Under the pieces are notes generated by a model. The model was given only the letters and a program-made list of their open reading frames with translations. It did no database searches and was not told the origin of the DNA. The position numbers and the translations under genes were made by a program. A stretch of 64,000 nucleotides of DNA, taken from NCBI GenBank assembly GCA_949372645.1, contig CASIAP010000001.1:17802-81801 (forward strand), written 5' to 3'. Shown in pieces: positions 27,826-39,400 of this stretch (its first letter is position 1; every line of letters begins with the position of its first letter). This DNA comes from Candidatus Poseidoniaceae archaeon. GTDB lineage: Archaea > Thermoplasmatota > Poseidoniia > Poseidoniales > Poseidoniaceae.

Positions 27826-30573
27826 TCACTCTTCTTCATCTGAAGTTGGTGGACTCATTTTCATTGGTGGTAGGGCAGGAACAAATCCAGCAACGTTTCC
27901 ATCAAGCAGAGTTGCTCCATCCAATGCGTCATCATCCCACATTTTTTCAATTAATGCCCCTTGATTCAAATTGAGTTCATCCTTTTTGCCTCTCGATGCG
28001 AACAGCAAGCCTCCAGCGAGGAAAATGACAGCGGCAAAGAGAAGATATTTTGCTCTGTTTTCTGGGCTGTCTGAAGAACTTGAATCTGCATCACTGGTGC
28101 CTTGATCTTTATCAATACATTCTCCCGAAAAAGTATACGTGAGAGAAGGACAATCATTATCTGTACCGCCAGTTGTATCTGTACCGCCAGTTGTATCAGT
28201 GCCGCCAGTTGTATCAGTGCCGCCAGTTGTATCTGTACCGCCAGTTGTATCTGTACCGCCAGTTGTATCTGTACCGCCGGTGTTGTCATTACCACCAGTG
28301 TTGTCATTACCACCAGTATTGGATGAGTCTGTAGTCAAGTCAACATTGGCACCGGTGCGGTCACCATCGGCATCCATTGAGATGTCATAGAAGGTATAAA
28401 GTTTCGAAAGGTCGATATGGGTGTTCGCCCAAGTTGAGCGGTTGATGACATCGAAGTATCGTTCATCACCAGTCGTGAAAATTGGGTCGACCGTTATGTT
28501 TCTGAGTTGCGAGACTCCCGTGTTTGCTGAATTCTTGCCGTCGAATGCCGTGTTAAGGTACGATTGAACTTCTGCATCAGTACTCCATGCCACACCTTCT
28601 GGTGCAGTCCAGTGTTCACGGATATCGGAGACATCGTTTCGCATAGCCATTGCCATACCAGCTTCAATCTCTACCCAAGTTTGTGAGCCATCGACAACAG
28701 TCGTAGAAGTGATGTCAAGTGCTTTTGAAACACCACCGCCAGTAATTGGTTCCCAGTCATCACCCTTGAGCGCAGTCATGATGTCTTGGTCACCAAACAG
28801 TGCCTTTCCGTTCACGACAGTGAGGCGAACATCAGCATCAATAGCCTCAATGAGATTTCGATACGGATCGTCGTGGAAGGTATCAATGACCACGAGGTCT
28901 GCTACCATTCCAGTTTTGATTTTCCCAACATAATCTTGCCATTGAGCAGCAGCGGCAGGGTTTGATGTGACCATTTCCACCATTTGATAATTGGTGAAAT
29001 ACGATTCCATGATCTCACTGTTCCAAAGGTCGGCAGTCTTGAGTTCATGCAAATTATTTTTCGAACCACTTGGACCCCAATCAGGTGCTAAAGATATTTT
29101 GATGCCAGCCTTGTCAGCTGCACGTACATCGGTTGTGTTTCCATAAAGCAGGAGATTGGAGAGTGGTGACCACACCAATTTAGAGCCAACAGCACCCATT
29201 GATTCAAATTGTGATGGCGTAAGTGCTGTACCGTGAATTATAACAGTAGGTTCAGCGAGAAGACCCTTGGTTTTGAGTAAATCAAATTCATTCCTGCTGG
29301 TTTGGTCAACACCTTCTGACAAGTGTATGTACCATGCTTCAATATCACCATCATTGAAATCAGCAATTTTGCCATCGGAATTATAATCCGATTCATACCA
29401 TGAACATACTGCGCAAGTGACGCCTTTCTCTTTTCCAAAATTATACAATTCTACGTTTCGTGAAAGAGTGCTATCCCATGCGTCATTGCCGGATGGGGAA
29501 CCCTGAACTGCAGTGACACCGCCCGAAATTGCTTGGACTTCGGCGTACTTCATTTGTTCAGTTGCCAAGCCCCATTGACTGTTCGATTGAACGTTGTTTT
29601 TCATCCAAGTGATGCTCGGTTGGTAGTCGTAGTTGTTCCCCCACTGACCACGATTGGTGTAGCCGCCTTCGGCTGATCTTTGAGATTCAGAGAGGTGAAC
29701 ATCAAAATCCCACAGAGGAATGTGATTGTAGTGCATGTGGTTGTGCAAGTCAATCAGTCCAGGATAAATTGTGCCGTTGGTTTCTATGACGACAGCATTG
29801 GTTAAATCAGCAGTAAATGGTATTGAAGAACTGGATGACCAAACTGCATCAATCATGCCGTCTCGAACCAAAACATTGCCTTGGTTTAAGACGCTGTTTT
29901 CGCCTTCCATGGTGACGACTCGACCCTTGAGGAGGTATGCATCAGATGAGGAGGTATCAGCTACTTTGAAACATTTCACGATGTTGAGGGCAACACTTGA
30001 GTCCGGGTCGTTTGGGCCCCAACCTGGTGAAGGGTCTACTTCAACAGCATTACCGGATGAGTCAATCACAATGGAATTGCCGTAAAATCCGAATTCCTTA
30101 GGAATTGTCATAGAGTTCGAAATGCTATTCGATGTGTCAGTAACCGTGACTGTTTCCATTTCAAAATAGCTCAATATAATATCTGAATCAGCGCTAAAGA
30201 CAGCTATTCTTTGGTCCGGTTCCATCACCGTATTCCAAGCAAGTTGGCAAGGTGGACTGCCGGACGAGGAGCTGAGTACCCAATCCGAAACATTGACTGG
30301 AAAAGAACCAGTGTTCCATAATTCGATGAATTGGTCCGAATACTTACCGTAATCACCGTCGTTGTTCCAATCGACTGCATTGTATATGTTCGTATTAGTT
30401 GCATTCGATTTCAACTGGTTTGGGCTTCTGAAAAGTTCGGATACTACGATTGTTGAATCACGGGCACTCACTTCTGAACTCTCATTGAATTCATACGGGT
30501 CAGGATTCGATGGAATCAACGGTGCAAGAAACAGAACGAGGACTAGAAGTGTCGTCAGTTGGGCGAGGCGCAT
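27826..30573 (-). CDS. Membrane-anchored extracellular amidohydrolase-family protein with (TTGGTD)n linker, C-terminal TM and short cytoplasmic tail
   Basis: Signal peptide starts at MRLAQLTTLLVLVLFLAPLIPS; the ORF track extends to 30684. Metal-dependent amidohydrolase motif IDLHNHMHYNH. Thr/Gly repeat. TM helix YLLFAAVIFLAGGLLFA followed by SRGKKDE. Confidence 0.6.
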   Translation of the reverse strand: MRLAQLTTLLVLVLFLAPLIPSNPDPYEFNESSEVSARDSTIVVSELFRSPNQLKSNATNTNIYNAVDWNNDGDYGKYSDQFIELWNTGSFPVNVSDWVLSSSSGSPPCQLAWNTVMEPDQRIAVFSADSDIILSYFEMETVTVTDTSNSISNSMTIPKEFGFYGNSIVIDSSGNAVEVDPSPGWGPNDPDSSVALNIVKCFKVADTSSSDAYLLKGRVVTMEGENSVLNQGNVLVRDGMIDAVWSSSSSIPFTADLTNAVVIETNGTIYPGLIDLHNHMHYNHIPLWDFDVHLSESQRSAEGGYTNRGQWGNNYDYQPSITWMKNNVQSNSQWGLATEQMKYAEVQAISGGVTAVQGSPSGNDAWDSTLSRNVELYNFGKEKGVTCAVCSWYESDYNSDGKIADFNDGDIEAWYIHLSEGVDQTSRNEFDLLKTKGLLAEPTVIIHGTALTPSQFESMGAVGSKLVWSPLSNLLLYGNTTDVRAADKAGIKISLAPDWGPSGSKNNLHELKTADLWNSEIMESYFTNYQMVEMVTSNPAAAAQWQDYVGKIKTGMVADLVVIDTFHDDPYRNLIEAIDADVRLTVVNGKALFGDQDIMTALKGDDWEPITGGGVSKALDITSTTVVDGSQTWVEIEAGMAMAMRNDVSDIREHWTAPEGVAWSTDAEVQSYLNTAFDGKNSANTGVSQLRNITVDPIFTTGDERYFDVINRSTWANTHIDLSKLYTFYDISMDADGDRTGANVDLTTDSSNTGGNDNTGGNDNTGGTDTTGGTDTTGGTDTTGGTDTTGGTDTTGGTDTTGGTDNDCPSLTYTFSGECIDKDQGTSDADSSSSDSPENRAKYLLFAAVIFLAGGLLFASRGKKDELNLNQGALIEKMWDDDALDGATLLDGNVAGFVPALPPMKMSPPTSDEEE
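28139..28330. repeat. 15-nt tandem repeat (about 10-12 units, ccgccagttgtatc[ta]gta) encoding TGGTD/TGGND linker
   Basis: Direct reading of the sequence. In-frame on the minus strand within the amidohydrolase gene. Two 3' units are variant (ccaccagtgttgtcatta). Confidence 0.85.
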
Positions 30574-30663
30574 GATGTGGCCTTTGGCAGTGAGCACATG
30601 AACTCGTCGCTTTGACAACCTCGAACGGACATGTTGAAGTATCGCCGATTTTGAAACGATTTC

Positions 30664-31044
30664 ATGGCCTCCGTGGAGATTCATGAACCCGAGTTTTCCG
30701 ACATCATCGATAACAATTCAATCGTGCTCCTTGACTTTTGGGCCGAGTGGTGTGGGCCATGCAAAGCCTACGGGCCGGTTTATGAACGGGTTTCAGAAGA
30801 ATTCCCAGATGTCGTCTTTGGAAAAATCGATACCGAAGCAGAACCTATGTTAGCCAAATCTTTCAATGTACGCTCGATTCCTACGACTGTTGCATTCAAA
30901 GATGGCATCGGTGTTTTCATGCAACCAGGTGCACTCCCTGAAGATGCACTTCGTGATTTGGTTGCGAAACTTACTGAATTGGATATGGATGAAGTTCGAG
31001 CCGAAATGGAAACTCAAAAAGCGGCTCAAGAAGAGAAAGAATGA
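30664..31044 (+). CDS. trxA: Thioredoxin
   Basis: WAEWCGPCK active site. 126 aa. Acidic C-terminal extension. Confidence 0.8.
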   Translation: MASVEIHEPEFSDIIDNNSIVLLDFWAEWCGPCKAYGPVYERVSEEFPDVVFGKIDTEAEPMLAKSFNVRSIPTTVAFKDGIGVFMQPGALPEDALRDLVAKLTELDMDEVRAEMETQKAAQEEKE

Positions 31045-31071
31045 ACTTCACCGTCTGACCAAACAGCCGGT

Positions 31072-32913
31072 GTGTTCAAAAAACACCTGCGCCCCCCTTG
31101 GTACATGAACTTCCGGCCTTGGCTCATTTTATTCGTCCTAATGGCGACCAGTTTATCGGGATGTTTCGGTGAGCAAACGGTAGATGAAGGCGGTGTGACT
31201 GCTCCTTATGACGTCTATCCGGAGCCTTGGGACCGCACTGAAATGCAATATGTAGAGTCGGATATTTATTCCCGAGTCACCGTCAATGGTAGTTACGGGA
31301 TTGATGCAGTTCAATCCATCTTTGTTTCAGTCCCCTCCATCACCGCTGCTGACGGCGGCTCTGGTGTTACCGGTGACGCTCAAGTCCATCTTGGATTATG
31401 GCTACCAGTGATTGAAGGATGTGATTGGACTTCTGCAAACCTTTCCGCTGAATGTCAAGTTCCAGTGATTGCAGAAGTTGGTCCGTATTACAACGATGGA
31501 GATGTCGACGCACTTACACCAGCAGACCGACTTGGTAAATTTTTGATTGAGAATTACGTTCCACACGGATACGGTGTTGCTCAAGTTTCAGTCTTTGGAA
31601 CCGGTGATTCAAACCACTGTATGGATTTGATGGGTACAGATGAGCAACGTGGTATCGATGCCGCTGTTACCTGGCTTGGTACTCAAGCATGGTCCAATGG
31701 CAATGTCGGAATGATTGGAAAATCGTACGACGGCTCAACTCCATGGCAAGCAGCTACTTTTGGTAACCCTCATCTGGCTACGATTGTCCCAATGTCGGGA
31801 TTGATTGGCGTGCATGAACTGATGTGGAGAAACGGAAGTATGGAAGCACGTGGCATGATTATGCATAACGGTGTCTATGGCTCCTTCGGAATCGATGGAG
31901 ATGCTGAAGATCCTGAAAATGTGTGTGAAGGATACCTCGAAGGCTACGTCAATGGACCTGCTGCCTATCTCTCTGGAGGAATGGTCGATTATGCAGGAAA
32001 TACATACTGGACTGAGCGTTCTTTCCTCGACCGTGTGGTCGAGAATTACAATGGCTCAGTGTACATTATTCAAGGTATGCAAGATTGGAATGTTGACCCG
32101 CACATGGCCTTCCCGACTCATCAAATTGTTGCGGATGCAGGAATTGAAACAAAGACGCTAGCAGGCCAATGGAATCACAATTATCCTGACCGTCAAGACC
32201 ACTCTGGCTTACCTGTCGGTGAAGGTGCTGAAGCATTCCCTTACACACAACGCTGGGATTGGGCTGACGAGATGCTGTATTGGTTCGATTGGTATCTCAA
32301 AGGCGAAGGCCGAGCACCAACCTTAGGTGTAGAGATGCAGGATAACCGTGGTGGCTGGAGGTTTGAAACAACCTATCCTGCTCTCGATACAGAATATCTC
32401 GCCATTCGTGGTGACGAAATGAGCCCAAGCGGTGCTTCATTGGGTGTGACCTCTTTCGATCCTATTGACCTCGTCTATGGGCCGTTTGATTACGATGTCT
32501 ACATTGCTGGAATGCCTACATTCCACATGGCAGTGACTCCGCATACTACCAACAGCGGTCATGCTTTCCTTGAGATGACCGATGAATCGGGAATGCATCT
32601 TGGACACGCAGTCATGGATTTCAGATTTGCAGACGGTGGTAGAGATGGTGACTTAGCCATAGTTCCGTTTTCCACAGTCATGGCTCAAATGGAATTCATG
32701 CCGATGGATATTTTCCTCGAAGCAGGTGAATCAATTTACATTACGCTTACGCAGACTGGTGATGATTACGTCCCTTCTCCGGCTGCTATCGGTGGTTATA
32801 CCATTAATTGGGCAGCCTCGACCATGACTCTACCTTTGGTGAACCGCACATGTGCTGATTTGTTTCAAGCACCAATGCATGACTATGGTATGGAATCAGG
32901 GCGTCTTTGCTGA
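31072..32913 (+). CDS. Secreted lipoprotein, S15 / CocE-NonD family hydrolase (X-Pro dipeptidyl-peptidase-like)
   Basis: Lipobox LSGCFGE. Nucleophile elbow GKSYDGS. Alpha/beta hydrolase N-domain followed by a C-terminal beta-sandwich, typical of CocE/NonD. Confidence 0.6.
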   Translation: MFKKHLRPPWYMNFRPWLILFVLMATSLSGCFGEQTVDEGGVTAPYDVYPEPWDRTEMQYVESDIYSRVTVNGSYGIDAVQSIFVSVPSITAADGGSGVTGDAQVHLGLWLPVIEGCDWTSANLSAECQVPVIAEVGPYYNDGDVDALTPADRLGKFLIENYVPHGYGVAQVSVFGTGDSNHCMDLMGTDEQRGIDAAVTWLGTQAWSNGNVGMIGKSYDGSTPWQAATFGNPHLATIVPMSGLIGVHELMWRNGSMEARGMIMHNGVYGSFGIDGDAEDPENVCEGYLEGYVNGPAAYLSGGMVDYAGNTYWTERSFLDRVVENYNGSVYIIQGMQDWNVDPHMAFPTHQIVADAGIETKTLAGQWNHNYPDRQDHSGLPVGEGAEAFPYTQRWDWADEMLYWFDWYLKGEGRAPTLGVEMQDNRGGWRFETTYPALDTEYLAIRGDEMSPSGASLGVTSFDPIDLVYGPFDYDVYIAGMPTFHMAVTPHTTNSGHAFLEMTDESGMHLGHAVMDFRFADGGRDGDLAIVPFSTVMAQMEFMPMDIFLEAGESIYITLTQTGDDYVPSPAAIGGYTINWAASTMTLPLVNRTCADLFQAPMHDYGMESGRLC

Positions 32914-34365
32914 TTCATCAAACATCATCAAAATATCACGGAACAGTGTTTGGGCATGACCCTCACTTCGCTCAACCAATCGTTTGACAATCAGTTCAGG
33001 TGTTGAACGGGCCAAATGATTTCTCTTTGGAGTTCGGTCTACCATTAACTCCAAGTTCGCATCGAGACCTGTTGCTTCAATCCCATCAACCCGTAGATCA
33101 TCTCGACCAGTGGCTTTGATAATGGCTGGTGCTAAATGGGTCACGAGCATCATGGTTGTATCATCTTGAGCTTCAGCAGCCAGTAACATTCCAGCAATTA
33201 TTCTGGCTCCCGCTCCCGGTTCCGTGATGGCTTCAAGCTCGTCAGCAAGAATCAATTTAGGTGTAGGGTCGCTTACGACGTTGGCTAATTCAACCAATGT
33301 TTGTTCCAATGCACCAGCACTCTGCGTACCACCTGCTTTTGCTAAGATGTGCAAAGCATCGACTTGGCCAACACGGGCGGAATCTGCAGGCACCGGTAAT
33401 CCCATGTGAGCAAGAATACATGTGTGGGCGAGTAACTCGAGAAGAGTTGTCTTTCCACCAGAATTAGCGCCGGTGAGAAGTGCCAGTGATTGTTGGTCTT
33501 CTGTGTCTCCAGCATACCCAAGTCCGTAGGTGACCGGATCGGGTTGGCATCCCAAAAGCAGATGCCGGCCTTGTTCAATATAGATTCCATGTTCAACTAA
33601 ATCGGGCATGACACATTGCCGATCGATTGCCCACTGTGCAATACAGACCCACTGGTCAAAACCGATGAGTGAACGAACCGCTTCTTCACACCGTTCACGT
33701 AGTGGACCTAACTTCTTTGCCAAAATGAGCATGTGTTCAATTTCACCCGTCTTAAGTTTGGTTTCCAATGCATTATCGATTTCATCAAGAGTTTTCCGAT
33801 TGATTTTGGCTGGCCATTGTGATGAGAATATGTCGTAAGGACATCGAACACCCGTGCCTTCAAGCATCTGGACCAAGGTCTGTTTTGCTTTTTCCATCGC
33901 TTCTGTGATGACGTCCTTTGTGGCTTCTTGTAATTTCCGTTGGAAGGCGGCACCGTCTGAAAGTGCTTCAAGTAATTCAGCACCGCTAAGGTCCATTTTG
34001 GCATCATCCATCGCTTGTGCAACTTCCGAATTGACTTGCTCTTCCAGGGACTTCGCTGTTTTCCAAAGCCGATCTTTGACATCGGCCATAATGTCCAAAT
34101 CTCCTTGGTCATCAATACTCATGAGTATCTCGGGTAAATGTTCAAAACCTACGATGAGGTCATTCAATTCATTGATGAATGGATGTTTATCAGTTGTTTT
34201 CCTGCTCATTTGCACGAGGTCGGCGAGTACCGTAAGCGTTCGTATGTTATGTCGAAACCAGTCAATTGTTCGTTCAGGGAGAATTAATTCCGAATTGTTG
34301 GCATTTGGTAGTATCACCCATCCATCTGGAGTATCTGCAGGTGCTCCAGAACCAATCCATGTCAC
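32896..34365 (-). CDS. MutS-family ATPase (MutS domain V) without Smr nuclease domain
   Basis: Walker [10 protein letters not shown]. Walker [15 protein letters not shown]. Upstream motif [19 protein letters not shown]. The ATG overlaps the stop of the upstream HhH ORF (ATGA). Confidence 0.65.
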   Translation of the reverse strand: MTWIGSGAPADTPDGWVILPNANNSELILPERTIDWFRHNIRTLTVLADLVQMSRKTTDKHPFINELNDLIVGFEHLPEILMSIDDQGDLDIMADVKDRLWKTAKSLEEQVNSEVAQAMDDAKMDLSGAELLEALSDGAAFQRKLQEATKDVITEAMEKAKQTLVQMLEGTGVRCPYDIFSSQWPAKINRKTLDEIDNALETKLKTGEIEHMLILAKKLGPLRERCEEAVRSLIGFDQWVCIAQWAIDRQCVMPDLVEHGIYIEQGRHLLLGCQPDPVTYGLGYAGDTEDQQSLALLTGANSGGKTTLLELLAHTCILAHMGLPVPADSARVGQVDALHILAKAGGTQSAGALEQTLVELANVVSDPTPKLILADELEAITEPGAGARIIAGMLLAAEAQDDTTMMLVTHLAPAIIKATGRDDLRVDGIEATGLDANLELMVDRTPKRNHLARSTPELIVKRLVERSEGHAQTLFRDILMMFDESAKTP

Positions 34366-34916
34366 TCGATTTGAATACCGTATAGTCCTTCCAAGTTTCT
34401 CCTTCTCCAGGTTGCAATACCCTGCACCACTTTCTTGAAAGTTTCAAGCGGCTCTTTGCAGACGACCACTCGCTCATATCGTTCGCTGTTGAAACGAGTT
34501 TGCCGAAGGTTATGGAACAGTTTACTGAGAGTATTCATGTTTTCAGCATTTTTATGTGCATAATTCATGGCATGACTTACTTTCAGTCTACGTTCGGCTG
34601 GATTTTCAATGGGCATCAATAATTGCATTCGTTCACGTGTTGCAGCACATGAGGCAAAGGACACAATATCTTGCAGTAAAGAGCGATGCAAGCGTTCAGC
34701 CTCTTTGGTCGCTAAGAACGAGCCTGATTGACCGGCAACCATTCGAGCAAGCGTCAAAGCTCGCTTTGGCGACACGCCATCGATTTCGGCAATACGGGCA
34801 ATGTCACCTGATTTTAGCGAAGCAATTGCTTCACTTTCTCCCCCAAAGTGGTCGGTTATTTTTTGTGCAAGTCGTTCGCCAACTCCGGGTAGTGTACTCA
34901 GAACCATACTCGACAT
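34362..34916 (-). CDS. Helix-hairpin-helix DNA-binding protein, translationally coupled to the MutS-family ATPase
   Basis: HhH motifs LPGVGERLAQKI and IAEIDGVSPKRALTLARM. 184 aa with no other recognisable domain. Confidence 0.45.
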   Translation of the reverse strand: MSSMVLSTLPGVGERLAQKITDHFGGESEAIASLKSGDIARIAEIDGVSPKRALTLARMVAGQSGSFLATKEAERLHRSLLQDIVSFASCAATRERMQLLMPIENPAERRLKVSHAMNYAHKNAENMNTLSKLFHNLRQTRFNSERYERVVVCKEPLETFKKVVQGIATWRRRNLEGLYGIQIE

Positions 34917-34987
34917 CGTTTGTCAAAGGCTTTTGAGGATATTGCTCAAACACCCACCTTGAGGGGTTTAACTGGACAGATACGCCT

Positions 34988-36391
34988 TCACGAATCGTTC
35001 GGCAATTCGAGTTCAACAGCAAACAACGGGTCAGGGTCGGTTGAATCGTGGTAAGCAACGACAACTCCACCATCATTGAGGATGGCGAGTGAAGCGAAAT
35101 CAAATCGGATATCATTTCCAGCACCGGAGGTTGAATCCAAGTCACCTTGGCCGATGTAGGTCAACGTATCAGGTGACATATCTTCCGAATATCCACGCAC
35201 ATGGTAGACCATGTCGACATCAGGACCGTCAGTGCTTTGATAGCGGATATTGAGAATAAAGAGGTCTAAATCACCATTGGCCTGAAATTCCCATTCTTCG
35301 ATGGAAGAAGAAACTGAGCTCATATCGTAGGTGTGGTTTTGCCATGTCATGGCTCCGTCAATCGACATGTAATGGGTAAAGGTCGTTCCAGAATTCTCAA
35401 CACAATGAAGCGTTCCTGCAGAATCAAAGTGACAATATTCGGAAGGGAATTGAACTTCAAGTTCATTCCACGATAAGGTGGTGTCCATGTAAGCTGCATT
35501 TCCATTTGTGTAGTAACTTGGGAAGATGAGTCCACCTGTTGGCATAGGGAAGGCTCGCATTTCCTTGTGTGGTTTGTTGACATCGTAATAGGAGGTGAGG
35601 CCATCTTCAGTGAAATTAAGGTCGAGTTCGATGATTGGATCATTTGAATCTCTCGCAGTAAATTGGAATGGATAATAATTCAATCCATCAACACTAATTT
35701 GGCCACCTGCATCGAGACTTTGATGCCAAAAGTTGGAGACAACAATGCTTGCCCAATCACCACTTCCAATTGAAGATGAAATCGGACCAACCACTTCAAC
35801 TTGCCATGAGCGGTCGTAGAAGGGTTCAGTCAATCGATTGTAACACCATTTCCACTCGTCTTCAGATTCATCATACAAGATGGCATAGAATTTGTCAATT
35901 TTCCCATCGGCTCCAACATATGGGAACCAGGACATGGAGATGATATCTCCATTTGTGGCTTGAACAATACTGCCTTCTCCAAGACCTTCTTGACCAGAAT
36001 TGGTTGGAATTGCAGTTACGCATTGACCAAGAGCTGGAAGGAATCCTGGGACATAGGTGTCCCAAGCATGGCCTCTGTCTTCGCTAAAGACTGGATATTC
36101 TCCACCAATGTTGAGGATATGTCCTTCAATGGTTGTAGCAAGATAATGTTCACAACAGTTTCCGCCTTTACTTGCATCAAAGACTGCCCAACTGGTATTG
36201 GTCGATTGATTGGTTCGTAAATCAACGGTCATAAACATTCGAGCATCTTCATGTTGAATTTGGTCGACCATTTCGTACGAGTCCCAAAGAGATACCATCT
36301 CTTCTTTCTCGACGAGGTCTTCTCCACCGCCAAAACAGCCTGCCAATACAGTGGAGGCTACCAACAGTATGGACAATGCGATGCGTTGCAT
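34988..36391 (-). CDS. Secreted lipoprotein with Asp-box (BNR) motif; putative beta-propeller glycosidase/sialidase-like
   Basis: Lipobox LAGCFGGGED. One clear Asp-box SIDGAMTW. Otherwise no confident family assignment. Confidence 0.35.
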   Translation of the reverse strand: MQRIALSILLVASTVLAGCFGGGEDLVEKEEMVSLWDSYEMVDQIQHEDARMFMTVDLRTNQSTNTSWAVFDASKGGNCCEHYLATTIEGHILNIGGEYPVFSEDRGHAWDTYVPGFLPALGQCVTAIPTNSGQEGLGEGSIVQATNGDIISMSWFPYVGADGKIDKFYAILYDESEDEWKWCYNRLTEPFYDRSWQVEVVGPISSSIGSGDWASIVVSNFWHQSLDAGGQISVDGLNYYPFQFTARDSNDPIIELDLNFTEDGLTSYYDVNKPHKEMRAFPMPTGGLIFPSYYTNGNAAYMDTTLSWNELEVQFPSEYCHFDSAGTLHCVENSGTTFTHYMSIDGAMTWQNHTYDMSSVSSSIEEWEFQANGDLDLFILNIRYQSTDGPDVDMVYHVRGYSEDMSPDTLTYIGQGDLDSTSGAGNDIRFDFASLAILNDGGVVVAYHDSTDPDPLFAVELELPNDS

Positions 36392-36452
36392 GAAACTGCG
36401 TAGCGTCTCATCTCTTTGAAGGCGTCGCTAGGACAAGATGCCGGTAAATGGC

Positions 36453-39400
36453 CTATTTGACGGTAAACCAAACAGAAGTCCCGTCGACTTCAAAAGTTTC
36501 AGCATCGGCTGAATGAGTTTCAGAATCCGAATGGAATACAGCTGCAGCAGCACGTGTTTCGGATACGATCCATTCACGGTCTTGCTCGAACATTTCAGGT
36601 GCATTCTTGCTCCAAATTTCCAAATCAATGGTTGCTTCAATGGCGAGGTTGAGGTTCTTTCGCATAGCTTGAATACGTCGAGTAATGTCTCGAGCCAATC
36701 CTTTGGAAAGCAGTGCAGGTGTATCGTTCATGTCAAGGACGAGGCCGATCTGTTGTGCCTCATCTCCTTGACCAATGGTAACCGTTGAGGCAGCAAAGCC
36801 TTCTCGCTCAACACGTCTAACTTCGACATCGGTCTCTTCGATTTTAACGCCTAATACTTCACAAGTTCCGGCCTGAATTGAGGCAAACATTGCCGTAGGG
36901 TCAGCAGCATTCTTGATTTCATTTGCTACGGCATTGACTTCACTGCGTGCTTTGGGCGCAAGTGCACGGAAATTAGGAGCGAGTTCGATTTGTTGGAATC
37001 GGTCAAGGTCAGTTTCAACAGCAATCATTTCCACATTCAATTCCTCAGCAAGAATATCGTGAAATTCTTCCATATCGGTCCCTGATACAATCCATCCTTG
37101 AGAACAAGGCAAGCGTTGTCTTCGTCCTGCCTCGACTCGAATACGTCGACCGACTTCAGCAAGTTCTCGAACCAAGGCCATGGTCGCTTCAAGGGTCATG
37201 TCTTGAGGCGGGAGGTTCTCAGTTTCAGCAGCATCATCTTCATCCCAATGGTCTGCAGTTGCCCCTTCAAGTGAACCTGGGACGCCAAGTGGCCAAGCTG
37301 CTTGATGAACCGTTTCTCCAGTGAGGTTTCGATGAATCGTATCGACCATGAAAGGACTTACAGGTGCAATAAGACGGCACACGGTTGTCAAGATTTCATG
37401 CAAAGTGTGTTGACATGCCACTTTGTCCATAGTTTCAGCATCATCCCAAAGTCGACGTCTGCTGCGGCGGACATACCAATTGGAGACATCGTTGACGATG
37501 AAGTCTTCGAGGTCACGGCAAGCCTTGTGGAAATTCCAGCTTTTGAAATCGGCATGATAGTTCCGAGCAGTTGTGGCCAATCGAGATAAGATCCATCGGT
37601 CAAGTGACGGGCGAGAACTTACTTCAGATGAGGAGAGTTCAGGGTCGAAACCATCGATAGCAGCATAATCTGCATGGAACTTGTAAATATTCCAAAGGGT
37701 CAAGAACATCTTTGCATAGGTTTCACGAACGCCATTCGAATCAAACTTGAGTGGATTCCATGGTGCACCTGCAGTGACCATGTACCAGCGTGTAGCATCG
37801 GCTCCTTCTCGATTAAAGTGGTCCCAAGGGTCGACGATGTTTCCTTTTGACTTGGACATTTTCTTTCCTTCTGCATCTAAAATAAGTCCAAGACTCAAAC
37901 AACGCTTGTAAGCGGGTTTGTCAAAGACCGCTGTTGAAACAGCAAGAAGCGTGTAGAACCATCCACGGGTTTGGTCAACACCTTCACAGATATAGTCGAC
38001 AGGGAAAGAGGCATCGAATGTTTCGTTTTCTTCAAATGGATAATGCCATTGAGCGAAAGGAGCACAACCCGAGTCAAACCAACAATCCATGACAAAGGGT
38101 TCTCTGTGCATTGGTTTTCCATCATCTGAAAGGAGTGTATAGCCATCGACCACTGGTCGGTGAAGATCAACGTCATCAGGGCATTCTGGATTTTCAATAC
38201 CAGCAGCAACAGCCTTCGCTATTTCTGCTTGAAGTTCAGCAATTGAACCGATACATTTCATGTTCCCTTCATCGTCTCGCCAGACCGGAAGTGGAGTTCC
38301 CCAATACCGTTCACGTGAAATCGCCCAATCTTTGACATTACGCAACCATTCTCCAAATCGACCTTCTCCGACCCAATCAGGTGCCCATTCAACTTCACTG
38401 TTGAATTCAAGGAGACGTTCTTTGACAGCAGTCATTCGAACAAACCATGAATCCATGGCGTAGTAGAGCAATGGATGGTCGGTTCTCCAACAATGTGGAT
38501 AGTCGTGCAAATACGCTTTCTCTCGGTAAAGCAAACCGCTTTCAGGTCCTTTGCCGTTACTTCCGCCAGAAGCTGAAAGAAGTTCAATGACCGTTTGGTC
38601 ACAATCTTTGACGTAGCGTCCATCGAGTTCAGGGTGCGTACCGGTGAGGAAAGCCCCGTCCATCCCGACTGTGTGATGTGCAGGGAGTCCTGCAGCCATA
38701 CCGAGATTGTAATCGTCTTCACCATACATGACAGCAGTGTGTACGACACCAGTTCCGTCGGTTGTCGTGACCCAGTCCGCTTCAAGAACGGTCCAAGCAG
38801 TGGTTGAATCGCCACGAGGTACAGCCTCTGGGAACAGCGGCTCATACGCTTTTCCAACCAATGAGGAACCAGGGAATTCTTCGAGGACTTCGACATTATG
38901 TCGGAGAACTTCTTTCATCAGTTCTTTTGCCAAAATGATTTCTTCTCCAACAGAAGCACCACCAGCTCCAATCCAATTCTCTGCTTGTTCAGTTACCCGT
39001 GCACGAACATAAGTGACTTCAGGTCCAACAGCTAATCCAACGTTACCAGGGAGTGTCCATGGTGTTGTTGTCCATGCGAGGATACTTGCAGCATCATCGA
39101 TGAGTTTGAATTTTACATAGACGGACGGTTCTTCAACTTCTTTGTATCCAAGAGCAACTTCATGGCTTGAATAGGAGGTTCCAGTTTGAGGGCAGTAAGG
39201 AAGAACTTTGTAGCCTCGGTACAACAAACCTTTGTCGAACATTTGCTTCATTGCCCACCAGCACGATTCAACATAATTATTGTCAAGCGTGACGTAGGGG
39301 TTGTCCAAATCGACCCAATAGGCCATTCGTTCGGTCATTTCTCTCCAAGCAGATTCATAGGTCCATACCGAATCTCGGCAGGCTTGATTGAAATTATCCA

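Noticed and set aside
27826-28000. PGF-CTERM / archaeosortase sorting signal at the C-terminus of the amidohydrolase and other giant proteins
   Set aside because: There is no PGF tripeptide. The TM helices are followed by basic residues and then long (50-250 aa) hydrophilic tails with conserved motifs, so they are type I membrane anchors with cytoplasmic tails rather than cleaved sorting signals.
28139-28330. Regular short direct repeats, considered as a CRISPR array
   Set aside because: The period is only 15 nt with no intervening unique spacers, and the repeats are in-frame within a long ORF encoding a TGGTD linker. There is no leader and there are no cas genes nearby.
27966-28390. ORFs 27966-28313, 28102-28326 and 28139-28390 translating to VPPVVS / QIQLA repeats
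   Set aside because: They are frame artefacts of the 15-nt tandem repeat and overlap the amidohydrolase gene, which has clear domain support.
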